Part shown: positions 38,786 to 46,315 of the stretch, piece by piece | Layout: each line of letters begins with the position of its first letter | Position numbering within the stretch: position 1 is the stretch's first letter | Assembly (NCBI GenBank): GCA_035280045.1 | Contig: DATEGP010000078.1 | Span: forward strand, 14,419-78,418 | DNA: 64,000 bases | Direction of reading: 5' to 3' | Source: Candidatus Acidiferrum sp. | GTDB taxonomy: Bacteria > Acidobacteriota > Terriglobia > Acidiferrales > UBA7541 | Notes under the pieces: model-generated | The model's input: only the letters and a program-made list of their open reading frames with translations | Databases searched by the model: none | What the model was told of the DNA's origin: nothing | Program-made: the position numbers and the translations under genes

Positions 38786-38824
38786 AGGCTGCCTTGAAGC
38801 ACGATGATAGCACGAGCGCCAGAG

Positions 38825-39409
38825 CTAATCGGAGGGTGGCTGCTTGTGGAGCGTGGTGCAGAGCGTGAGGGCGGTGTTGGGGTCAACGGCGTTGTCTCCT
38901 TCGTCGATTAAGCGGATGATGCCCTGCTTATCAATGACGATATTCGCGCGGAGAGCCCACTGATAGTCTTCGTTCTCGACGCTGTAGGTTTTGAGGATGC
39001 CGTACGTTTTGAGCATTTTGTGGTTCATGTCGCTCAGCAGAGGAAACTGGAGGTGGTTCTGCTCGGCGAACGCGGCGTTGGCGGCAGGACTGTCGAGGCT
39101 GACGCCGAAGACGGCGGTGTCCTGCGTAGGAATGCGACCGGAATCGATGCCCGCCTGGACGGCGCGCATCTGCTGGGTGCAGCCTTCGGAAAATGCCAGC
39201 ACGTAAACGGCGAGGAACACGTTTTTCTTGCCGCGGTAATCGCTGAGGCGAACGGTCTTCCACTCATTGGTGAGAAGAGTGAAATCTGGCGCCGCGTCGC
39301 CTATTTTGAGAGACATCCGGGCGACAGGGACCTTGTGAACCTGATGCGCGAGCGGAGGCGCCGCGATCGCAACAATCAAAAGCACCGCAACCAGTAGAGC
39401 ACGCTTCAT
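38825..39409 (-). CDS. Exported peroxiredoxin (AhpE/BCP-like)
   Basis: GDAAPDFTL, YVLAFSEGC, GVSLD, FPLLSD, RANIVID; signal peptide. Confidence 0.85.
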   Translation of the reverse strand: MKRALLVAVLLIVAIAAPPLAHQVHKVPVARMSLKIGDAAPDFTLLTNEWKTVRLSDYRGKKNVFLAVYVLAFSEGCTQQMRAVQAGIDSGRIPTQDTAVFGVSLDSPAANAAFAEQNHLQFPLLSDMNHKMLKTYGILKTYSVENEDYQWALRANIVIDKQGIIRLIDEGDNAVDPNTALTLCTTLHKQPPSD

Positions 39410-39474
39410 AAAGCTCCCAGATTCAACCGAGTTGCCAGGGGGCCGTTGGCCAATACCACTAATCCTTGTTTATA

Positions 39475-39503
39475 TAGACGATCAAACGGGACAATTTATT
39501 TCC
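39475..39503 (-). promoter_or_regulatory. Putative ECF-sigma promoter for the peroxiredoxin
   Basis: Minus strand GGAAAT-N17-CGTCTA. Confidence 0.5.
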
Positions 39504-39540
39504 AAAATATTTTCCAAATAGTTGAGGGCCACGGCAGGAA

Positions 39541-39581
39541 CCGAAGAGAAGCGCCGAAGAGAAGCGCCGCAGAGCAGCGCC
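39541..39581 (+). repeat. 13-bp tandem repeat x3
   Basis: CCGAAGAGAAGCG twice exactly, then CCGCAGAGCAGCG. Confidence 0.85.
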
Positions 39582-39651
39582 ACCCAGGGGATTGGGACTA
39601 TAATGTGCCGCCTTTAGACGTGGAAGTGTGCCGAAGTGGAGGAAATCACAG

Positions 39652-42399
39652 ATGAGAGTGGATTCGAGGTGGAACGCGCGAACCGGGAGGAGCCGGGCGA
39701 CGCGGCTGGGGCTATACGCGTCGTTGGCGGCCGCCGGCCTGCTGGCCGCCAGGGCCTGGGCTGGGCCGGATGGCGCTTCGGCGGGAGCCAAGGCCGAAGG
39801 CGCATCAGCGGATGCCGCGGCGCATGTCGCACCTAATTACGCACTCGAAGAGCGGTTTTTGCCCGATGCCGTCAACAAACTGGTCTTTGACCTGGCCGTC
39901 ACGCCGCACTGGTTCAACGAATCCGACAGATTCTGGTACAGCTACCAGACCACGGAAGGCACGCGCTACTACATTGTGGATCCGGCGAGGAGAGCGAAGA
40001 ATACACTGTGGGACAACGCCAAGGTCGCCGCGGAACTCTCGAGACTGACGAATTTTCCGTATGACGCGCAGCATCTCCCGGTCAAACACCTGAAGCTCGT
40101 GCAGAAAGACTCGAAGTTGCGATTTGAGGTGGAGATTCGCAAGGACGCGGTGGTGCCAAACGAGCCGAAAAAGGAAAAGAGCCAGGAGGACGTCGAAGAG
40201 CAAGGCAAAGAAGGAGAGATGAAGCAGGGAGAACAACAAGGGCAGGCAGCAGCAGGAGCAGGGACGGGAGAAAAACCGGAAGAAACGCGCACGATTTATT
40301 TTGAGTACGACCTGGCGACGGGAAAAGTCACGCGGTTGGATAATTTCGAGGCGCCGAAGAAAAAGCCAATGTGGGCCGCCGTCTCGCCCGATGAAAAGAC
40401 AGTGGTATTCGCGCGTGGACACAACCTCTACGAAATGGACTCGCAGAATTACGCAAAAGTTCTGAAAAAACCCGGCGATACCAGCGCAGTAGAAACGCAA
40501 CTGACCACAGACGGCGTGGATAAATACAGCTACGCGCGAGTGCTGCTGCCTGAACAAGAAGAGCAACTGAAGAAACAGAACAAGGGCGACACCAACAAAG
40601 CGGGGCAACGAACCCCTTCAGTGACGATTCATTGGTCGAAAGATTCAAAGAAGTTTGCGCTGGAGCGGGAAGACAATCGCAAAGTGGACGACTACTGGGT
40701 GATTCATTCACTGACGAATCCACGGCCAATCCTGGAGGCGCGCAGTTATCCCTTGCCGGGCGAAGCGAACGTTCCAATCGGAGAAATCAATATCTTCGAC
40801 GTGGCCGACAAACAGCGCGTGGTCGTCCAGCCAAAGAGTTTTGTGGACGAAGTGCTCACCATTTCCGACGCCGCGCAAACCGAGCGCGACCGGGAAGAAC
40901 AACGGGAAGAGCAAGATCAAAACCGCCTGAATCCTGCGCCGCTTTCGCGGCTGAGCCCAAAGTGGCTGGCGGACACTTCGGACAAGCTGTACTTCACGAG
41001 CCGGAGCCGGGATTTCCGGCAAGTGGAAGTGAACGTTGCGGACAGCGCGACGGGCAAAGTGCAGAAACTCTTTGAAGAACGTTCGAACGTGTGGATGTCG
41101 CAAAAACCGCTGCGGTTGGTAGACAACGGGAAGGAAATGGTCTGGTGGTCAGAACGGGACGGATGGGGACACTTTTATTTGTATGACGGGCAGGGCAAGC
41201 TGAAGAACCAGGTCACTTCAGGCGAGTATGTGACGGATCAAATTGCCTCGGTGGATGACAAAACGCGGACTCTCTATTTCACGGCCAACGGGCGCGAAGC
41301 CGGCGAGGACCCCTACTACACACACTTGTACCGTGTCGGCATGGATGGGAATGGGCTGAAACTGCTGACACCGGGCAGCTTTAACCATGCCGCGAGCTGG
41401 CCGGATTCCGGCAAGTATTTCGTGGACACTTTTTCGCGGGTGGACACGGTACCCAAATCCGTGCTGCTGGATGGACAAGGAACCACACTCAGCGAACTGG
41501 AGACAACAGACGTTTCGCAATTGATCGCCGCAGGGTTCAAGTATCCCGAGATGTTCAAAGTCAAAGCTGACGACGGCGTGACCGATCTTTTCGGCGTGAT
41601 TTACAAGCCGTTTGATTTCGATCCGAGCCGCAAGTATCCCGTCATCGAGTTTGTGTATCCCGGGCCGCAAGTGGAGCAAGTAACCAAAGCGTTTTCGCCA
41701 AAGAGCCCGAACGTGCCCCTGGCGCAACTGGGGTTCATCGTGATCGAGGTGGGCAACCGCGGTGGAAGCCCCCAGCGCGACAAGTGGTATGACAGCTACG
41801 GGTACGGGAATCTGCGGGACTACGGTCTGGCGGACAAGAAGTCGGCGGTGGAGCGGCTGGCAGCAATGCATCCGTATATGGACTTGAGCCGCGTCGGGAT
41901 GTGGGGTCACTCCGGCGGAGGGTTCATGACCGCAGCGGCGATGCTGCAGTACCCGGATCTGTACAAGGCTGGATGGTCGGAATCCGGCAACCATGACAAC
42001 AACGTCTACAACAACACGTGGAGCGAGAAGTACCACGGGGTACGCGAAGAAACGCAAAAAGACGGAACGGAGAAGTTCTTCTACGAAATCGACAAGAACT
42101 CCGAATTGGCAAAAAACCTAAAAGGACACCTGATGCTGACCACAGGCGATATGGACGATAACGTCAGTATGGTCAACACGATGCGCCTGGCGGACACGCT
42201 TATCAAAGCGAACAAGAGATTCGAGATGTTGGTGTTCCCTGGGATGCGGCACAGTTACATGCCGATTAACAGCTATGTGATTGTGGCGCGAGGGGACTTC
42301 TTCAGCAAATGGCTGCTGGGAAGCTCGGATACGGCCGCGGACGTCATTGAGCTCCAAAGGGCCAAGCAGGCGACTCCGAGCAAGAAGTTCAAAGAGTAG
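39652..42399 (+). CDS. Secreted S9B dipeptidyl peptidase IV family protein
   Basis: GGAGG RBS, WSERDGWGH, VYPGP, GHSGGG, GDMDDNV, GMRH. Confidence 0.92.
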   Translation: MRVDSRWNARTGRSRATRLGLYASLAAAGLLAARAWAGPDGASAGAKAEGASADAAAHVAPNYALEERFLPDAVNKLVFDLAVTPHWFNESDRFWYSYQTTEGTRYYIVDPARRAKNTLWDNAKVAAELSRLTNFPYDAQHLPVKHLKLVQKDSKLRFEVEIRKDAVVPNEPKKEKSQEDVEEQGKEGEMKQGEQQGQAAAGAGTGEKPEETRTIYFEYDLATGKVTRLDNFEAPKKKPMWAAVSPDEKTVVFARGHNLYEMDSQNYAKVLKKPGDTSAVETQLTTDGVDKYSYARVLLPEQEEQLKKQNKGDTNKAGQRTPSVTIHWSKDSKKFALEREDNRKVDDYWVIHSLTNPRPILEARSYPLPGEANVPIGEINIFDVADKQRVVVQPKSFVDEVLTISDAAQTERDREEQREEQDQNRLNPAPLSRLSPKWLADTSDKLYFTSRSRDFRQVEVNVADSATGKVQKLFEERSNVWMSQKPLRLVDNGKEMVWWSERDGWGHFYLYDGQGKLKNQVTSGEYVTDQIASVDDKTRTLYFTANGREAGEDPYYTHLYRVGMDGNGLKLLTPGSFNHAASWPDSGKYFVDTFSRVDTVPKSVLLDGQGTTLSELETTDVSQLIAAGFKYPEMFKVKADDGVTDLFGVIYKPFDFDPSRKYPVIEFVYPGPQVEQVTKAFSPKSPNVPLAQLGFIVIEVGNRGGSPQRDKWYDSYGYGNLRDYGLADKKSAVERLAAMHPYMDLSRVGMWGHSGGGFMTAAAMLQYPDLYKAGWSESGNHDNNVYNNTWSEKYHGVREETQKDGTEKFFYEIDKNSELAKNLKGHLMLTTGDMDDNVSMVNTMRLADTLIKANKRFEMLVFPGMRHSYMPINSYVIVARGDFFSKWLLGSSDTAADVIELQRAKQATPSKKFKE

Positions 42400-42602
42400 G
42401 AGTTAGACGGACAAAAGCGAGGCAACCCTCAACACGAGGCACTGGCATCTGAGGAATTGGGACTTGCGGGGCTACCCAGGGACCTTAAAAGAACTGCGCG
42501 ACCCTGTCCTTTCGTTCAGGTATAATCGGGTAGTTAAATTGGAAGTTTTGCGGGTGCGCAGGGCTGTTGTAGTGTGTCGTGGGGTAATCGGTCATCCTTG
42601 AT

Positions 42603-44051
42603 ATGCAAGAGAGGTGCGGAGTGCGCTTTACTTTTTCGGGCAGTGGCGCGAAGTGGCTAACTATCATGACCGTGGCGGCAGGACTCTTCGTGCTCAGCGC
42701 CGCACCCAGCCAGGCGCAGTGGCCCATACACAAGAAGAAAAAGGTCAATAAGTCCACCAGCGCGGACAACAACGCCGAGCCGGACAAGTTGCTCTATGGC
42801 AGGGCGATGGACGACATCAAGCACGGCCGCCACGAAGTCGGCCGGTTGACCCTGCAGACCCTGATCAATACCTACCCCGACAGCGAGTACCTGGCAAAGG
42901 CGAAGCTGGCGATTGCGGATTCTTATTACAAAGAAGGCGGGACCGCGAATACCACCCAGGCCATTCAAGCGTACATGGACTTCGGAGTTTTCTTCCCCAT
43001 GCTGCCCGAAGCCGCCTATGCGCAGCTCCAGGTAGCCATGGCGCATTTCCGCCAGATGGAAAAGCCGGACCGTGACCGTACGCAAGCGCTCGATGCAGAA
43101 GACGCCTTCCAGACATTTTTGCAAAAGTACCCGAAAGATCCGCTGGCCGACAAGGCGGCCCAGCATCTTCGAGAAGTGCAGGAGGTTTTGGCCGAGGGCG
43201 ACTTCCGGATTGGCTATTTCTATTACACCACGCGAGGCGATAAACGGGCCGCGGCTTCGAGACTGGCTTCGCTCGTGAATCGCTATCCGTTGTACAGCAA
43301 GTCGGACCGCGCGCTGTGGATGCTGGGAAACATCTGGGAGGGCACGGAAAAGAAGGATTTGGCCGTGCCGTATTACGCAAAACTTGTGCGGGAGTATCCG
43401 CTTTCGCCGTTGGTCCCGCAAGCAAAAGATAAGCTGAAAACGTTGAAAGCGCCGATACCTCAAGCAGACCCGAAGGCTGTGGCCTGGATGACGGCGGAGA
43501 AAAATGCACCTCGGCAACATGAATCGCTAATCGGCAAACCCTTGAAGCTAGTGGAAACGAAGCCGAAGGCGGAGTTGTACACTGCAGCGAAGACGGGCAC
43601 CCCGACGATGACTCCCGAGTCGAGCAACGAGGAAGGGGTGGACATTCTGCAGGGTGGAAGCAAGGCGCAAATTGGCGGCTCAGGAACGTCCATTGTGGCG
43701 GTCGTGCCGGTGGGCGGCACAGGGGGGACGACGAGCGGTGCGGAAAACGTAACGCCGCCGACGGATGGAACTGAGGCCAAGCCGGACGCGCAAAAGACAG
43801 ATGCAGCGGGACCTCCAGCAGCGAATGAGCCGGCCAATGGCTCAGCCGCTGCGGGAGCTAGCGAGACTGCGCAAAAGACGGACGGAGCTGCCGAGGCACC
43901 CGGGGCAGCTGACGCGACGGCAAAGGACGACGGAGGGGCCGCAGCAACAAATCAAACCAATAGCACGAACAGCCAAACCGACAAGAAGGACAGCAAGAAA
44001 GAGTCCAGCAGCAAGAAAAAGAAGGGACTGAAGAAAATAATCCCTTGGTAG
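42603..44051 (+). CDS. bamD: Outer membrane assembly factor BamD with long disordered C-terminal tail
   Basis: LINTYPDSEY, PDRDRTQA, FLQKYP, REVQEVLAE...IGYFY TPR pattern. Confidence 0.9.
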   Translation: MQERCGVRFTFSGSGAKWLTIMTVAAGLFVLSAAPSQAQWPIHKKKKVNKSTSADNNAEPDKLLYGRAMDDIKHGRHEVGRLTLQTLINTYPDSEYLAKAKLAIADSYYKEGGTANTTQAIQAYMDFGVFFPMLPEAAYAQLQVAMAHFRQMEKPDRDRTQALDAEDAFQTFLQKYPKDPLADKAAQHLREVQEVLAEGDFRIGYFYYTTRGDKRAAASRLASLVNRYPLYSKSDRALWMLGNIWEGTEKKDLAVPYYAKLVREYPLSPLVPQAKDKLKTLKAPIPQADPKAVAWMTAEKNAPRQHESLIGKPLKLVETKPKAELYTAAKTGTPTMTPESSNEEGVDILQGGSKAQIGGSGTSIVAVVPVGGTGGTTSGAENVTPPTDGTEAKPDAQKTDAAGPPAANEPANGSAAAGASETAQKTDGAAEAPGAADATAKDDGGAAATNQTNSTNSQTDKKDSKKESSSKKKKGLKKIIPW

Positions 44052-44088
44052 CCACTTTCGGCTGCCCACAACAGTTCTGAAGCAAAAC

Positions 44089-44125
44089 AAGGGTGCGGCA
44101 AACAAGTCCGCACCCTTATTGTTTT
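44089..44125 (+). terminator. Intrinsic terminator after bamD
   Basis: AAGGGTGCGG-N9-CCGCACCCTT followed by ATTGTTTT. Confidence 0.8.
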
Positions 44126-44301
44126 GGGGGAAATGGAAGCCGTACTAGTGTGCAATTGGACAGTGTTGATTTGCGACACAATCCTACTGCGGGGTGATTG
44201 ACGCGCGCCCCCGCGAATGCTCCAATAAAATGAAAGCAGGCACCCTTGTGGCTGCGGGGCAGCCGGTGTGGCTTGCGCGGTGAGGTATCGCCGGAGGGCG
44301 T

Positions 44302-46086
44302 GTGCCGAAGATTCTGGTTGCAGACGACAACAGCAACATCCAGAAGATGGTCGGTCTTGCATTGAAAGATCAAGGCATTGACGTGGTCGCCGTTGGAAAC
44401 GGCGAAGCGGCAGTGCGAAAGATCGCGGATGTGCGGCCAGACCTGGTGCTCGCCGACGTGTTCATGCCGGTTCGCAACGGCTATGAAGTCTGCCAGTTTG
44501 TGAAGATGGATTCCTCGCTGTCGCACATTCCGGTGATTCTGCTGGTGGGAGCGTTCGATCCCCTCGATGAACAGGAAGCGCAGAGAGTGGGTGCGGACGG
44601 CGTTTTGAAAAAGCCGTTTATTCCGCCGGACCCGCTGATTTCGATGGTGAAGTCGGCGCTGCAACGCTCTGGATCAAGTCCGGCAGGCACGCCTGCTGCG
44701 AGTGCTGAAAAACTTGAAGAGTCAACGCCCTTTGGGGCCAAGGAAATGCCACAACCTGCGAACGCGAGCGTTCCGGCGGTGATGGCGAGTCCGGTACCGG
44801 AATTCAATCTCGGAAGCAGCCCCGAGGCCCTCAACGAAAGTTTTGTGGAGGATGTGCCTCCCCGTCCAGAACCATTCCGCATTGACTCGGGCTCGCAACC
44901 GGTAGCCTTCGGCAGCCTGCTGGAAACACCAGCGGAAGCGGCAGAAGTGAAAGAACCGGCAGAGGACGATTCGAATTTTACGGCGGCAAGTTCGCCCGAA
45001 TTCGCCATGGAGCACGATTGGCGGGACCGGGACGAAGAAGAGATGGACGCCGAAGAGGAAGATGAGGAGCCAGCAGCCTGGCGGCCCGAAGGCACAGAGG
45101 ACACGGAAGAAGTCCAGGCGGCGAAGACCAAGAAACCGAAGAGCAGCACGAACGACTGGCGCATGGGTGGATTCGAAGTTGCTAACAAATCGCGAAGCAC
45201 GGGATGGGAGCCGGAGGAAGAAGCTCCAGCGCCATCAACCGTGGAAACAGCTGCGCCGGCCGCAAGCAGTCGAATCCCTGCGACATCAGCGCCAACGGAA
45301 ACTCTTGCGCCAGCGGCGAAGAGTCGCGTTCCGGAAATGCCCGCGACTCCCCCAGCCCCGGTGAAACCGGTACAAGAAGAGTCCCCGGTCCCGAGCAAAC
45401 CGTTTATAGCGGAAACGTGGAAGCCGCCAGTAGCTCCTGTTGTACCTCCGCCAGCTGCGGTGGGGCCACCATCCATCAACAAGATGCCCGTGACGGAGAA
45501 AGCAACGGCGGTTGTCGAGGACAGCAAGGCCAAGGCAGAAGCCGAAACAAAGCCTGCTGCTGAGAAAAAAGACGGAAAGGATTCATGGTTCTCCGTTTCC
45601 TCCAGCCCCTGGGAAGGCGAGATTCAAAAGGCCAGCCAGTTGGCTTCGACCTGGGATGCGCCATCGGTTTCCGCATCCAAAAACGGAAATGAAAAAGCGA
45701 GCGAGGCAACGCCAATACCTGAAACGGCGGCTGTAATTGAGGAAGCCGCGCTTCCACCAGCGACCGTTGAGGCGATCCGAGAGGAAGCAGCTCAGGTTGC
45801 AGAGGACGCCACGTTCATCCTGGAGACACCCGAAACCGCATCGTCCAACGGAGACAGCTTTTACGCTCACGAAGAAGAAGGTGTGCTAGAACCTAACAGC
45901 CCGACCGCTAAAGCCGCAGCGCCGGCACCGGCACCCAGCGCGACACCGGCACCCAACATGGATGACCTCGTCGCAAAAGTTCTGGCCAAGATGAATCCCG
46001 ATGTGCTGCAAGCCGTGACGCGGGAAATTCTTAAGCCTGTAGTAGAAGCGATGGTCAAGGAAGAGCTGAAGTCAAAGAAATCGTAA
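44302..46086 (+). CDS. RomR-like response regulator (REC domain, acidic/Pro-rich linker, C-terminal helices)
   Basis: ILVADD, LADVFMP, LLVGAFDPLDE, KPF; ~420-aa low-complexity linker; VTREILKPVVEAMVKEEL. Confidence 0.8.
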   Translation: MPKILVADDNSNIQKMVGLALKDQGIDVVAVGNGEAAVRKIADVRPDLVLADVFMPVRNGYEVCQFVKMDSSLSHIPVILLVGAFDPLDEQEAQRVGADGVLKKPFIPPDPLISMVKSALQRSGSSPAGTPAASAEKLEESTPFGAKEMPQPANASVPAVMASPVPEFNLGSSPEALNESFVEDVPPRPEPFRIDSGSQPVAFGSLLETPAEAAEVKEPAEDDSNFTAASSPEFAMEHDWRDRDEEEMDAEEEDEEPAAWRPEGTEDTEEVQAAKTKKPKSSTNDWRMGGFEVANKSRSTGWEPEEEAPAPSTVETAAPAASSRIPATSAPTETLAPAAKSRVPEMPATPPAPVKPVQEESPVPSKPFIAETWKPPVAPVVPPPAAVGPPSINKMPVTEKATAVVEDSKAKAEAETKPAAEKKDGKDSWFSVSSSPWEGEIQKASQLASTWDAPSVSASKNGNEKASEATPIPETAAVIEEAALPPATVEAIREEAAQVAEDATFILETPETASSNGDSFYAHEEEGVLEPNSPTAKAAAPAPAPSATPAPNMDDLVAKVLAKMNPDVLQAVTREILKPVVEAMVKEELKSKKS

Positions 46087-46204
46087 TACCCCGCGCTGTG
46101 CCGCGTTTTCCTGAATCGTTCCAGGCCACAGTCTATCGAAGGAAAGTCCCGCGAATGCCATTCCCTCGAATGCCGGTCGATATTTTCTCCGCAGCAAGGC
46201 GCAT

Positions 46205-46234
46205 TTGACGCAGCCGCTTTTTGCCCCTTATAGT
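46205..46234 (+). promoter_or_regulatory. Putative sigma70 promoter of valS
   Basis: TTGACG-N18-TATAGT. Confidence 0.55.
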
Positions 46235-46315
46235 CAAAGTTTGTTCTGAATGACTTAATTTCAGCATAGAGCAAGCAAGACACGTGTCCGCAGGCTGAAT
46301 GGAGAGGCGCAGCGA

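Noticed and set aside
46087-46315. T-box or attenuator upstream of valS
   Set aside because: No T-box consensus or terminator seen; the leader after the predicted promoter is short.
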